A stretch of DNA of 64,000 nt from Eledone cirrhosa (GCA_964016885.1 OZ024742.1:53816001-53880000), one strand, 5' to 3'. Shown: positions 13,337-26,509, counted from the first letter of the stretch. Numbers and translations: made by a program. Notes: generated from the sequence alone by a model not told the origin.

Positions 13337-15319
13337 AATGTTAATAAATAAAACACCACCAGTTCAGTATGGTGGTGCTTCTCCCCCTCTCTCCCTTTCT
13401 TTATCTCGAAGAGATCTGCTGTGTTCAAACCTGGAGAGGGATGAGCTCCTTCAGGTTAAAAGGCCGTAGACCAATCATGTTTCTTCTATCAAGATGCCCT
13501 AATCCAGATTTTGTTGATAAAAATGGCAATCTGATAATCGTGGAACCCGATGGATTCGATGTCAACTGGCACAAAAAGGCAACGGTCATATTTATTCTAA
13601 ACTATATAGCAAATTCCTACACCTTTATAACGTAGAATCGATTTCGAGTAACATTGGGATATATATGTAGATTATTTTCATATATAATGGATCGATATAT
13701 TACGCTTCATGGACTATGTCATAGCATCAAGTTATTTTTAGATTAGATCAATCATTAATGTTTATCCATTCTCATAATCAGCATGTTCAATATACTATGT
13801 TGTCGTTTCTCGAATTGATTGATTAAATGAAATTGGCCTATGTATATGGTTCACTGAACTGAATACAAACACGCTTATTTCGTAATGTTTATATATTATA
13901 ATTATAATCACATAGCTGATGCATTGATTCCTATTTGCATTCTATTGTGAAGCCACGTAATTGAGCGGCGAAATCTCAGAGTGTGAGAATGTATTAAAAC
14001 TTCCATTCTGTTACGATAGCAGATTACACAACATTTTATAAACATACAAGAAGAGTGAATCACGGTGAAGCTTGATAATTCTAATATTATTTCTTCAGAA
14101 ATGTATTTATTTAACTAAATTTGGATTATTTCCCATTCTAAAATAGCAGTCGAAAAGCAGAATCATTAGAGCATTGGGTAAGCTATGTCATTTGCTCCTG
14201 CTCATAACATTCAAATCTTGCCGAGGACAACTTTGCGTTTTATCTTTCCGGAGTCAATAAAATAAATTACCATTCAATATAATCGACCTCCCTTTCCTCA
14301 TTAATTCAATAGCAGGCTTTGTGTCTAGATAAGAAATCACAGTCTTCCCTTTTAAAATCTAACAAGCTTTTGTCGGTTTAAGTCAAAATAATTTAATTGC
14401 ATGCAGACACAAATGCACACTCTGGCACAGGGTTGAGTATTCCACAGATACATGTATACCTAACGCAGTTCCCAGGGAGATTCAGCTTGAATCACTATAT
14501 GACAAAGCTAGTCCTTTGAATTACAGCGTTATTTTCGTTATTTGAATTAAATGCTTCCTCGGATTCGACGATTAGTTTTGAAATAATTCGACAATCGCAT
14601 CTACATACTGCCAATTAATAATACCAGGTAATTACCAGACATTTTTAACATTGACACAGTTTTCATTGTGACGGTGTGTCTAAGACCCGACCCCCTTTAA
14701 ACTACAAGTACAATGCAGTGGCCTACCATTCACACATGTATCTGCTCAATGTTAGTCTAAAAGTTTGACATGATTTGAGGTTGTCGTTGAAACCATTCAC
14801 TCTGATGTGCTTGCAGTAGGTTCGAATCCGAGACAAACTATTACACAGCGAAATTCTTTACTATTTAACAAAGCACGAGTACATATATTAATATACATAG
14901 AGAAAAGTTAGCAGGCATATCACGTGTTTTATTTACTGGAAGTCTTAAACTGTTTACTGGAAGTCTTAAACACATTGATCACAGAGTATGATGCTAGGGA
15001 CCAGTAGATATATTGCAAAGCAATATTAGATTAGTTTACAGCTGCATACATTTCCCGTTTGGAAATATAATAATAGGCAAGTAACAATGAAAAATGACAG
15101 ATTAAATTGTACATTGTATTCTTCACAATATAGGATCCTCAATATATATATATTCCCATTGAATATACTGTTTGGAATTATTTCCTCTAGAAATATAACT
15201 ATATTTCTTTGAACATAAAAATTATTTTGTCTTTAATTTATTTAGCACTATACTTCAATGTCAGTAAATATCTCTTGCAAAAAAACAAACAAATATTGTT
15301 TTACAGTAGTTTTAAACCG

Positions 15320-15510
15320 CGCAGGAATGCCCGTCATCCAAGGAAGCCTGTGCAGTGCACGCTACATGTGAATGGAGCTCCACTGAAGCAGGTGGTGAAG
15401 TTCAAGTATTTTGGGGTCGTGCCAACCCTTAACTATGGTCATGAATCTTGAGTAATGAAGGAAAGAAAAAGGATCACGAATACAAGCGACCGAAAGATAT
15501 GTATGATCAC
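15320..15510 (+). mobile_element. Decayed RTE-like RT fragment
   Basis: 'VNGAPLKQVVKFKYFGV' joined to 'PTLNYGHES'. Confidence 0.6.
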
Positions 15511-15646
15511 AGACTGGTAAACCATAAGAAGTATAATAAAATAGATTACGGTTATGTCCTGTCAAGTTTTGTATTACAAGGTTTTAGATAATAATGCAGA
15601 GAGATGGAACAAATATCTCTATCTATCTCTCTATCTATCTATCTAT

Positions 15647-16104
15647 ATAGCTATGGCGAAAGAGGTTGTATGGTGGACAAGGTTGAAAGGGCTGAGGTCA
15701 GACACCTTTCTCTCCGGCCAACAACTGATTCTTTTTTTCAAATACCACTTTGGAAGAAGAATCAGGATGGAGAGAGAGGTGCTGTACCCCAGCAAGTTTT
15801 ATGAAAGGTGGGTGAAAGTGGCGAGAATGGCCCGAGTGAATGGGCCTTCTCTCTATATCAGCCTGTAGATTGAGGAAAAGGAGGAGGAGAGGAAAGGAGT
15901 ACAAGCTCTTCGTACTCCTGGAGATGAGGGTTGCACATTTTTTTCGGGGGTATGTGTTACCCATATAAACTGTCTCCCTCTATTGGGGAAAATCGACTAA
16001 CTTTTAAATTCCATCTGTGATAACATTTTACACGTTTTTATTGTATGTAAACTTCCCCCTTTGTATTTGTCCCCTTCTTTTGTGCCCCTGTGGCTAATAA
16101 AGAA

Positions 16105-16105
<1 letters not shown>
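15647..16105 (+). mobile_element. 3' fragment of a Tx1-like LINE, sister to 16169-19925
   Basis: Encodes 'AMAKEVVWWTRLKGLRS..RVNGPSLYISL*', nearly the same as the large ORF's C-terminus. Ends 'aataaagaaa'; (TATC)n on both sides. Confidence 0.93.
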
Positions 16106-16168
<63 letters not shown>

Positions 16169-19100
16169 GTGCAGCCCGATACCCGGGACGCAGAGAGGTA
16201 AGTGCCTTTTCTCTTCACCACCAACATGGCTATGCTAAGAGTAGGCTGTTTAAATGCGCGTGGCCTGGGCTCAACTTGGAAGCAAGCAATGCTTCTAAAT
16301 GACCTCAGGTCACAACGTATAGATGTGATGGTTATTTGCGAGGCCCGGATCAGCAACGTGCGACAGCTGGCCCCCACCTTTGATGACTTTGAGATGCACG
16401 CATCTCTCTGTCAGCCCGGAGGTGGGGGTGGAGTTGTCATTCTGCTGCAAAAACATCTGGGTCTCGCAACACAGATGGTACATTTGGACCCGGAGGGTCG
16501 ACTAGTGGTTCTGGACCTTGGCAGTGGTAAAGGCGGAGCGTTTAGGTTGGTAGCCGCCTACGGCCCTTTCGGGTCAATGCGGCCGGACTTCTTCCATCGT
16601 CTGGAGACTTTTCTGGGGACGTCCCGCTCCTTGCTATTAGTGGGGGACTGGAATGGTATCCTAGATGCACGCTGGGACTACGTAGGGGCCTGCCCCGATA
16701 GAGAGGGGTGTAATAGCCTCAAAGGGTTAATCGGTCGATTTGACCTGGCCGATAGATATCGACTAGATTTTCCGACTGCGCCAACCTGGACTTGGGCAAA
16801 TCGTAGCGGATCATCTAGGTCGTACCTAGATAGGTTCTTAGTTAGAATTAAGGATAAGGACTTTTTAAGTTGTCCAAAAATGCGCATGGTTGGCTATTCA
16901 GACCACAAATTAGTGACCTGCATGGTCAACCTTGACAGGACTCATAGACAGGGCCCCGGTTACTGGAAGCTCAACTTGTCCTTGCCGGCAAGTAGAGCCT
17001 ACAGGAATCGGATTAGTACGTTAGTTAAGGAACGGTTGACTGGAGCGATCGTCAACAGCAGGTGGTGGGTATCTCTAAAGAGAGAGATTAGAGTAGTCTC
17101 GATAGAATTTAGTAAGGTTCTAGCTGCGGATAGGAATAGGAAGGAAAGGGAGCTAATAGATAGAGTAGAAGAGGCAATTAGAAGCGGCGACGTGGCCAGA
17201 GTGCTAGCGTCGAGAACGGCTTTGAGCCAGTTTTTCGACGCGAAGCACGATGGCTGCGTTGTCCGAAGTAAAATACGTGCTCTAGGGAACGAGGGGACCA
17301 AAGCTGTTAGCTCGGCCCGCGTGACAGAGGCCAACAGTGGAACTAAATCCACCATCCGGTCTTTGCGAGACCTGGATGGACGGGCGATTCTTGAGCCTAA
17401 GCAGATGTGTGAGGCCTTTCAAAGGCACTTTGCCCGACTGTTCGGGAGGGGCGGGGAGCCGGTTGGGAACGTGGACTTCGGTCCATACCTCGACGGCCTG
17501 CCGCGCCTCTCGGACAGGGAGGCGAAGTCCTGCGAGGAGCCGATTTCGGCCGCTGAGATAGAGGACGTGCTGAGCCAATGCGGCAAACGTAAATCCCCGG
17601 GTCTCGATGGCCTTCCTTACGAATTATATCTAGCTATGCCGGACTTGTTCCCCGATCTCCTCGAGGCGGTCTACTGCAACTGGCAACAGAACGGGAGAAT
17701 TCCCTGTACTGTGACCAAGGGCGTAGTCACGCTAGTGAGGAAGGACGAGAACAAGGGGGACGAAATAAGTAACTTCAGGCCCATAACACTGCTAAATACA
17801 GAGTTACAGATTTTGGCCAAGGTGCTAGCAAAGAGGTTGGCGCTTGTCGTGGGCAACCTGGTGGGAGATGCGCAGACATGCGCTATCCCGTCCAGGTCCA
17901 TCCATGACAACCTCCACCTCATGCGATACATCATAGAGAGGGTTGGGAACGAACCCGGCTTTGGTGGGGCTCTGATCAACTTGGATCAATCTAAGGCGTT
18001 CGATAGGGTCGACCATGGTTACCTGGATGCGGTGCTAGCGGCGGCAGGCTTCGGACCCGTTTTCAGGGGCTGGATCACTGCTATGCACAGCAGCCGCATC
18101 TGCTCTAGGGTCAAGGTGAACGGCTACCTCTCGGAGCCGTTCAAAATCGCGCGGTCCATCCGACAAGGGTGCCCTCTCTCCTCCCTTCTGTATGTGTTGA
18201 CTCTCGAGCCACTACTGCGGAAGTTGGAGTTGTTGCAGGGCATCCCTTTGGAACCGGGATTGCGGAAAGCGGTGTCAGCCTACGCCGATGATGTGACAGT
18301 AATGGTGTCGACGGCCTCCGAAATCGAGGCGGTCGGCACCTTACTGGAGGAGTACGAAAAGTTCACAGGGGCTAAGCTGAACCGGGACAAGTCGATCGGT
18401 TTGCAACTCGGCACGTGGAGAGGCAGACCGATGCCCTCCGATGGCGTCGTCGGACGCTGGACGGAGGGCCCGGTGAAGTTGCTCGGGGTCTGGTTCGGAC
18501 CGGACCTCCAGGTGGAGAAAAACTGGGCGGAGGTTACGAACAGGGTGTTTGCACTGACCCAGAAGTGGGCCAGTTGCAAACTATCCCTGAAAGGTCGGGC
18601 GGAGGTGGCGAACACTTATATAGCGTCCGTCATCTACTACCGCCTGACCGTAGTGCCCTGCCCAAGGGAAACCCTCACCAAGATGGAGCGCGCGCTCTTC
18701 CAATTCCTTTGGAAGGGGCGGGCTCCTATGGTGAGGAGATCCATCTGCTGTCAACACCCTTCGAAAGGAGGGCTGGGGATGCCGTGGCTAATGATGCGTA
18801 AACACGCATTAAGGCTACGGCACCTCTACGTATTCCTCACCGGACAACCGGTGTGGGCCTCGTTTGTGAGACGAACCTTTCCCAGACTCGTCTCACTCAC
18901 CGAGCTGCAATCCTGGGTCAAGCAGAGACCGAGAAAACTGGGCGCCTGGCACACCGAGTGTGCCCAGGCGCTCACCGCCCTCTGGCAGGCGGATCCGGTT
19001 ATCAGTGGAGACTCCACCGCAACATTCTATAGAGGGCTGGTACGCAGCAGGTGCGACGACGCCCTCGGAGAAGCCCTAGACATGGAGGAGGACGAACTGG

Positions 19101-19925
19101 CCAGCCTGTTCGGTAGGACATTCAGCCCGGGACCTATGGACAACTTCCAGAAGTCCCTGGCCTGGCAGTGCTACCGAGGGGCTTTACCCGTTCGAGAAAG
19201 GCTCTACAGACACGGGCGCCCGGGTAGGGACCCCGCCAAAAAGATCTGTCCCAGATGCGTGTGCGACGAGGAAACCGTTGCACACGCATTGGTACACTGC
19301 TCGGGCGTAGCCGATCTGTGGGGCTATGTCGAACAACTGCTGTCAAGGGTGGGACCGATCCGGTTGACCACCGAGTCTATTGTAATGATCAAGCCGCCTC
19401 CCCCCTTCAAAGATGAAGCAGAGGCGGTGTTTCTGTGCGTAATAGCCATGGCGAAAGAGGTTGTATGGTGGACGCGTCTGAAAGGACTGAGGTCAGGCAC
19501 CTTTCTCTCTGGCCAACAACTGGTCCGTTTCTTCCGATATCATTTCGGAAGAAGGATCAGGATGGAGAGAGAGGTGCTGCACCCCAGTCGTTTTTATGAA
19601 AGGTGGGTGAAAGTGGCGAGAATGGCCCGTGTGAATGGGCCTTCTCTTTACATAAGCCTGTAGGTGGAAAAGAGGAAGGAACGAGGGAGCACCCCCTCTC
19701 TGTGCTCCTGAGGAAAAGGGTTGCACACTTTTTTCGGGGGTGTGTGCGACCCCCCAAGGCGCCTCCTCTCTATTGAGGATTTTGTTAAAAATTTTATTTT
19801 TTGTTATATCTTATTTTATTTTTATATTTTGTTATTGCCTCCTCCTTATTGAGGACGCCTTTTTGTGTAAACTCCCCCCTTTGTACTTGTCCCACTTTTG
19901 ATGCCCTAGTGGCAAATAAAAGAAA
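16169..19925 (+). mobile_element. Tx1/L1-group non-LTR retrotransposon, 5'-truncated (ORF1 missing), in (TATC)n
   Basis: GC-rich island containing ORF2 and a 3'UTR ending 'aataaaagaaa'. TATC repeats at 16106-16168 and ~19928-19960. Confidence 0.93.
16226..19663 (+). CDS. LINE ORF2: AP endonuclease, reverse transcriptase, C-terminal CCHC (zf-RVT-like); uninterrupted
   Basis: APE motifs LNARGL, ICE, GDWN, LDRF, SDH. RT motifs SPGLDG, FRPITLLN, DQSKAFD, RQGCPLS, YADD. CPRC..ETVAH..C. First ATG at 16226 in ACCAACATGG (the ORF track starts at GTG 16202). Confidence 0.96.
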   Translation: MAMLRVGCLNARGLGSTWKQAMLLNDLRSQRIDVMVICEARISNVRQLAPTFDDFEMHASLCQPGGGGGVVILLQKHLGLATQMVHLDPEGRLVVLDLGSGKGGAFRLVAAYGPFGSMRPDFFHRLETFLGTSRSLLLVGDWNGILDARWDYVGACPDREGCNSLKGLIGRFDLADRYRLDFPTAPTWTWANRSGSSRSYLDRFLVRIKDKDFLSCPKMRMVGYSDHKLVTCMVNLDRTHRQGPGYWKLNLSLPASRAYRNRISTLVKERLTGAIVNSRWWVSLKREIRVVSIEFSKVLAADRNRKERELIDRVEEAIRSGDVARVLASRTALSQFFDAKHDGCVVRSKIRALGNEGTKAVSSARVTEANSGTKSTIRSLRDLDGRAILEPKQMCEAFQRHFARLFGRGGEPVGNVDFGPYLDGLPRLSDREAKSCEEPISAAEIEDVLSQCGKRKSPGLDGLPYELYLAMPDLFPDLLEAVYCNWQQNGRIPCTVTKGVVTLVRKDENKGDEISNFRPITLLNTELQILAKVLAKRLALVVGNLVGDAQTCAIPSRSIHDNLHLMRYIIERVGNEPGFGGALINLDQSKAFDRVDHGYLDAVLAAAGFGPVFRGWITAMHSSRICSRVKVNGYLSEPFKIARSIRQGCPLSSLLYVLTLEPLLRKLELLQGIPLEPGLRKAVSAYADDVTVMVSTASEIEAVGTLLEEYEKFTGAKLNRDKSIGLQLGTWRGRPMPSDGVVGRWTEGPVKLLGVWFGPDLQVEKNWAEVTNRVFALTQKWASCKLSLKGRAEVANTYIASVIYYRLTVVPCPRETLTKMERALFQFLWKGRAPMVRRSICCQHPSKGGLGMPWLMMRKHALRLRHLYVFLTGQPVWASFVRRTFPRLVSLTELQSWVKQRPRKLGAWHTECAQALTALWQADPVISGDSTATFYRGLVRSRCDDALGEALDMEEDELASLFGRTFSPGPMDNFQKSLAWQCYRGALPVRERLYRHGRPGRDPAKKICPRCVCDEETVAHALVHCSGVADLWGYVEQLLSRVGPIRLTTESIVMIKPPPPFKDEAEAVFLCVIAMAKEVVWWTRLKGLRSGTFLSGQQLVRFFRYHFGRRIRMEREVLHPSRFYERWVKVARMARVNGPSLYISL

Positions 19926-20016
19926 CTTATCTATCTAACTATCTATCTATCTATCTATCTATATAGAATAAGGAAAAGCGAAGTAGTTTCAGATGTTCAA
20001 GTCTTTTAATAATAAT

Positions 20017-20090
20017 GCTGTGATATATATTTTAATGACGACAGTGGCCACACTGTTCTGTGTGCCAGTGTCGCGACATCGTCAGACAGC
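20017..20090 (-). ncRNA. Decayed type I hammerhead
   Basis: GCUGU-CUGACGA-long stem II hairpin-aAAA-UAUAUA-UC-ACAGC; G12 lost. Confidence 0.65.
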
Positions 20091-20759
20091 TTGTTACATA
20101 ATGAGGTTATGTTTCCGAGGCAATCCAAATTGAATCGACATGGGAACGGGCGAAGTGTGTGCTTTAGGGTTCTTCATCCGTTCCCCTGTGAGTACCAATT
20201 CACCCCCACCGGTCTGCGCAGGCGCAGGTCCGGAGGAAGTTGACCATTAGCTACCGCAGATTTCAACGAAATTCGCTTAGTCAGTTCCCCCTCTTAGCCA
20301 AACAATGACCCATTCAGGCCTGTACCATAGTTTACTGCTACCCCTACCGTCTGTGGGAGTCAGCCGAAATCCAGAGGGGAAGGGAGAGTGTTAGTATTTA
20401 CAGGTCCCAATACTACCTCTCACCAAGCATGGACAGTACAACTGACCATCAACCCCTAAGAGAAAATATACTTAATTCTAGGTATCATGGTTTCACATTG
20501 GAAGTTATGAGTGAGAGTTGGAAATAAAAATTAAAATTTAAAATCGAAAATCCTAAATCAAATATCTGAGGGGTCTCTTGATAATCGGTATCAACCTCAC
20601 AGCGATGATGCATTTTTATAGTGCAGAAACCTTTGCACATGGATCAGCGAAGCTGAAGTCGGGACTTTGAAGAACAAATAAGTATATATTTTTTTCTATG
20701 ATCTATTCATATTTTGTAATTTGATATATTTATATATATATATATCTTTTTTTTTTTTT

Positions 20760-21692
20760 TATTCCGGCGTCATTCTGCAGATAAAAATCGATACGGGGGT
20801 TACCTTTTTTTAGGTATTGCCACCGATGTCGTTCAAATTTTAAAGCAAAATAGAATTTATCATTGCACATCCTGTAATGACTTTATATTTTGTATTTGTT
20901 GTTCAAGGACGGCGTAGCAGACGCTTAAATATTCAAAAATACCACTTTTGGTCTCAAATTTCCACTTTTTCGGCTGTAGCTCCCACATTAATCAACCACT
21001 TTGTTCAAATTTTACACTACGCTAGATCTGATTATTTAAAGTCTTCAAGTGGCTTTACATTTTGGACTTTTTGTTCAGGAACGGCGTGGCAGCCGCTTAA
21101 ATATTCGAAAATACCACCTTTTCGCTCAAATTTCCACCTTTTCGGCTCTAGCTACCACATTTTTCAACCGATTTCGTTCAAATTCGAAACTTCGGATCCA
21201 CCTCACACATAAATCAATTTATTTGGTTCAACTTTTATACTGAGATAGAACCTATCATTAGCTCCCACATTTTTCAACCGATTTCGTTCAAATTCGAAAC
21301 TTCGGCTCCACCTCACAAATAAATCAATTTATTTGGTTCAACTTTTATACTACGATAGAACCTATCATTGCACATCTTATAGATGGTCAAAGGCAAAATG
21401 ATGGCCACTGTCGTCGTCTGAGCTTTTAGTTGTGTATTTGAGAATTCATCGGTTTCCAATCAGGTAGCGTGAGGAAATTTGGCTTAGTGTTAGAGTTCAT
21501 TATCTCCCACCCCCAGCATGCCTCTTCGTCAGTCACCCGCGTTTCTCAATGATAGAGGTCATCACCACTCTCCCCCGCATGGCCTGTGTGTGGCCATAAA
21601 TGAGTCATTGAGAAGCAGTCGCTAAGATCAACACCTTTTCATCAAAGCAGATATTATTTTACCTACCCAGGCAACGCTGGGTACTGCTGTTA

Positions 21693-21693
<1 letters not shown>
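20760..21693 (+). mobile_element. Probable non-autonomous Helitron-like element with internal tandem repeats
   Basis: 3' hairpin tacccag-gcaacg-ctgggta (21664-21683) just before 'ttag|t' (CTAG-like). 110 bp tandem duplication at 21149-21369. The 5' end is uncertain. Confidence 0.55.
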
Positions 21694-21735
<42 letters not shown>

Positions 21736-21738
<3 letters not shown>

Positions 21739-22605
21739 GTGGACTATTGTATGCGCCTTGCACTGGAGAAACACCAGGAATCTGGCTTTACTGTAGCACC
21801 GGCTCAGAGGAGCAGGAGAGTTAAGGCGAAAAAGGTATCAGATGCTGAAATTGCTGACGACATAGTTTTGGTGACAAATACAGTGAAGGAGGCAGAGGAT
21901 TTGATGTAGGAGGTTGAGACTGTGTCGATGAGTGTGGGGCTGAGAATGAATGAGACTAAAACAAAATATCTGGTTGAGAATGTTGAGAAGCCAGAGGGGA
22001 TCACTAAAGTAGGGGGAAGCCGCTAGAATTGGTTGAGGACTTCCTGTATTTGGAAGCAAAGATTGGGAATACTGAAGATGATGTGGTTGAGTGGAAGAGC
22101 AAAGCCTGGTCGGCGTGCCACAGCTTGAGATCGGTGTGGAAGTCGGACCTTCGTAAATACCTGACAATCCGCCTCTTCATTGTTGTAGTAGAGTCTGTGC
22201 TGCTGTACAGGTCTGAGACTTGGACACTGACCAAGAAACTCACTCAGATCGAGGATGGGTGCTACACGAGAATGCTGAGGATGGCTCTGAACATTATTCA
22301 GTATACACTGAGAATGAAAAACTCAGAGCTGTATGGAAGCCTCCCAAAAGTCAGCTCAAAAGTGACACAGAGGAGACTGAGGTTAGCTGGACATGTTCAC
22401 CGAATCCAGAGTTGATATTGCACTCAGTGCTCCTGTGGAAGCCCCTACATGGACACACTGGAAGAGGAAGACCAAGGTTAACGTATGTTGATGCCCTAAG
22501 GACAGACACTGGTCTGTTGGAGACGCAGGACATGGCAGCGATAATGAGGGACAGAGACCGCTGGAGAGAACTCGTCCATGGATCTCGGGAATTTTACCCG
22601 CCCTA
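21736..22605 (+). mobile_element. RTE-clade LINE, 5'-truncated and frameshifted
   Basis: 'ADDIVL..NETKTKY..VEDFLYL..VESVLLY.SETWTLT..GRGRPRLTYVD'. Confidence 0.88.
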
Positions 22606-23289
22606 ATATATATTCATAATATAATTCTCACTTTATAAAATATGGTTTTCATTCTAAAAGGGTATGTCGCGATATATATATTGTTGAAGGAAATGTTAAT
22701 TTAGAATATTTACATTAGATGTAGTCTTTCCACAGCAAAATTGAATATATCAATATATCAGGCTTTCGGTTGCTAGTAGAATGTATTATTTACATATATG
22801 AACAAATTACTATTAATTAGGATGTTCCATTGTTATTAGATAATTCTTATTATTATTTCGGTTTGAAGATATTTGAATATTACCTGCATGCTTACTAATT
22901 ATTCGGATTGTGTCACTCTGCATATATTGGAGATCAATCTTTTTCAAATACAATGTGTTCTTTTCAGATATATTAACGAGCATTTTGCTTACATCGATGT
23001 TATACCTTCCTTATACCAGAACCATACTAACCACAAGAATGAACACGCAACCATATAAAGGCAAGAAGGAAAACGTATTTAGAATTCAATGTCCGGAACA
23101 TACTTTAAACGAAAAATGAGTCTTTCATAAACCATATTTACTGAACTATTATCTTTCATGCTTAAAGATTAAGGTGGAAATATGTATATATTAATTACAC
23201 TGGGAATGTGTAATTAATATATTAGTATTTAATCTCTATTTAATCTCTATTAAATACTCAACGATTAGTGAATATATATATATAGGATG

Positions 23290-23388
23290 ACCCAGACGGC
23301 AGATCTCAAGCCGTTTCGACGGCTATTTCTGGACTAAGGTAAGAGTCGTTTTAGTCTGGTAAAAAAAATAGCCGAACTTTTCAAGGGT
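23290..23388 (-). ncRNA. Hammerhead with UUGAAAA (U3-A8) core in a PLE 3' end, family D relative
   Basis: ACCC-UUGAAAA-G uUCGGCUA..UAGCCGU C-GAAA-CGGC..GCCG-UC-uGGGU. Homologous to 50601-50694; stem I is imperfect. Confidence 0.7.
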
Positions 23389-24709
23389 ACATCCTTATAT
23401 GGAAAGATTGTAGTTGTCAAGGGGATTGGTCAAAATTTGTAGCGGACACAGAAAAGTCTATCATGGCAGTGGGTGTGGGGTGGGGCTGGATGAACTTGCC
23501 TGTAGAACGATAGGGGAGTGGGTAGAGCAGGTCAAGCGTAGAAAGTGAAATCTACACGGCAAATTCTAAGCAATGTGTATGAAAGTAGATCAGTAGTTCA
23601 GACAGGGTCCGTAAACAACTTATCAACTTTTTCCGGAACAGGGGATTTAAAATCACCCTACAAACGTCATCAAGGGGGAAGATTTAACTATCTGTGTTTA
23701 CACATCAAATGCAAATCTGCGAGTGACCCGTCGCACGTGTTGCAATTCTAAAACTATTAACAACATGCTAGCGTCCTCCCATTGGCGTGAATAGGGTGAT
23801 CGACAGCTATAAATAGCAGCCGAGTCCTTTCAACTGATTTAGCTCTACAATTTAGGAGCCGTTTATATATCCAAAATATCCTTGCTGAAGATCCAGGATT
23901 TGACTACTGTGACTTTTCGGATTAATGGTAAAATATATTTCTTTAATGAAATATATACAAGGAGGATTAATCATTTTTTAAAAAGGTAATATTTGAAGCT
24001 CTAGTTAAACTTTAATTTGTTACCTACCTAGCTATGTATGATTGCACACTTTACAAATTATCCCCTGTGATTGTTTCATGTGTTTATTTTAAATATATAT
24101 ATGTCAATCAATTTCTAGTTGATATAAAATGCTCGGATCTATTCATTGGAATCTTTGAGCTTATTCTATGGTGGATATGGCGTATAGTCAGCATGTTTTC
24201 TCTTTATATATATATTGCCTCCTTAACCTCTGTATTAACTTACCTATTATATTGCTACTCTGTTAATGTTATCTTATACATGTATGTTATTGATGATGTG
24301 AAAGCTAAACAACCCCATGATTCGAACTAACAATCCCTTCATCTAATATAGACCACATAAATATTGAACCCACCTCACACCACAAATATTACTATCCTCA
24401 CTACAATGATAAATATTTCATCTGTCAGATAATAAATGATTCTTACGGTCACCAGACCTACAGTAAAGGAAATGGTACATTGTTTAAAGTCACCGGCTTA
24501 TCTCTACACTATATATAATACACCCCATGACAGCTTTTACATGTCAATTTCATACATCTGCCTCATGTCAGCTAGTCTTACACGCTAAAGTCGTAGATAT
24601 ACTATGTTTCTTAATTAGATTGATGTTGTGATTATTTTAAATAATTTATTGCTAGCATTGTTAGTATTGTTGTTATTGTTCTGATTGAATGCCATTACTA
24701 TATATAGAA

Positions 24710-24912
24710 GCCGGTGGATTAGGGCGTTGGATTGGCAGTATCGATAGAGGGTCGGACGCCATGCTTTGACGCATAGAGTTACGGCCCTTGCCATTCTGAG
24801 TTCAAATCCCGCCGAGGTTAACTTTGCCTTTCCTCCTTATGGGGTCGATAAAATAAAGTACTAGTAATACACTGGGTAATTGCTGGCCTTGTGCCAAAAG
24901 TAGAAAACATTA
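24710..24912 (+). mobile_element. Meta-type SINE
   Basis: Matches the window SINE consensus. Confidence 0.88.
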
Positions 24913-25288
24913 CTATATATAGAAGCCATGCCTGTATATTCCTTTCATTCTCACAAGCTCTGATGAATTGACTGGTTACAACTATGTATTGGTGATCGAA
25001 TGACGTGAAAACAAGCGGATAGCGATCTCTAGACATACGAGTTCAGAGAAACAATTGTCAGCATTGAGATTAAAAACCTTTTTTGTATAGCAAACCGTGT
25101 CACTATTCTTTCCTGATTGATCATTACTCCAAGTGTTAACAACATAGAAATCACCGCGTACTCGCAGTATCACTATGGAAACGCCTTGTTGAGTCAAACT
25201 TAGCCAAGCGTTGATATCATCCACTGCTCGGAGTACCCTACCTGGACTACACCTAAGTGGACTACTTATAACAATAATCTGTTTCCCC

Positions 25289-25344
<56 letters not shown>

Positions 25345-25554
25345 GAGTTGTATTTGTACTTTAGTTGCACAGGTCATAAAAATTGGAGTAGTCTTTATAC
25401 ACTCGGTGATGCAAGAAATGAATTCTTGTCAACAGAGGGAAACTAATACGAATTAGAAACTAATTGGAATGAAGCACCATAAATACGATTCTGGTTACAT
25501 GTATGCCAAATTACAAAAGATAGCAACGCTAGCATCAAATAACAAAGTTGAGAA

Positions 25555-25591
<37 letters not shown>

Positions 25592-26378
25592 GTTTAATAT
25601 AATATTTGCGACATACCTTTTTAGATGAAAACCATATATTATAAAGTGAGAGTTATATTAGGAATACGTTTAAGTTGACTGAAAAAGTGTTATTTTGAAA
25701 CGCATTCGATTCGAAACCAATTTAATGAATGCTTTCTATTCACAAAACAATATCTTAACTACAATAAATACATTTTGCAAGATTACGAAACGTATGGTAA
25801 CGGTGTAAATGCTAACTGTTAGTATATTTCAGGATATATAACCAAAGAAATATAAAGGAGTACATTAGGGGATGCATAATATGTAAATAAGAAAATACAT
25901 TATCTCACTTATTGAATATATGTCTGGAGTTCCATTTCACGCTATTCATTTTATTAGAAATGACATTACAATAGGTATTGGCATGCATTTCGTATTCAAC
26001 ATACATCTCAACAGGATGGTTTTGTGTTTTATTTCTTTAAACACAAATCCAGTGAACATCTTTTATATCAGCAGTTTTAAAATTGTATTCATTTTAGTGT
26101 TATCATGGGGGATAGAGAAAAAGCAACTTTTGAATTGATTGTCAAATATAATTCATATGAGAATTTTAGGAAATTAGCCGAAAGGGTGATTTTATTAAAG
26201 ATGTATAAAATGAATGCAAAATATAGGCAGAGACATGGTTACGTGGCTAAAAGGGTTTTGCTTGGCAATCACATGGCTTTAAGTTCAATCTCACGTTTGT
26301 TACATGCCTACTAATATATCTTCGGTTTAAACAATGCTATGTGAAAGCAATTTGTTAAAATGAAAACGTAGAAGCCGA

Positions 26379-26446
<68 letters not shown>

Positions 26447-26509
26447 GTCCCAAGGCTCTGATACCATCAACACTATAAACACAGAGCTGGCATATCTAAG
26501 AACTGACTA

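Noticed and set aside
13369-13635. 88 aa non-repetitive ORF
   Set aside because: No recognisable motif or splice support.
16678-19757. Antisense and alternate-frame ORFs inside the LINE
   Set aside because: Shadow ORFs expected in GC-rich coding sequence.
24955-25220. ctgatga (24960) and ctgattga..gaaa (~25113-25217) HHR candidates
   Set aside because: Stem I pairing is too weak and the core spacing irregular; at most a heavily decayed remnant.
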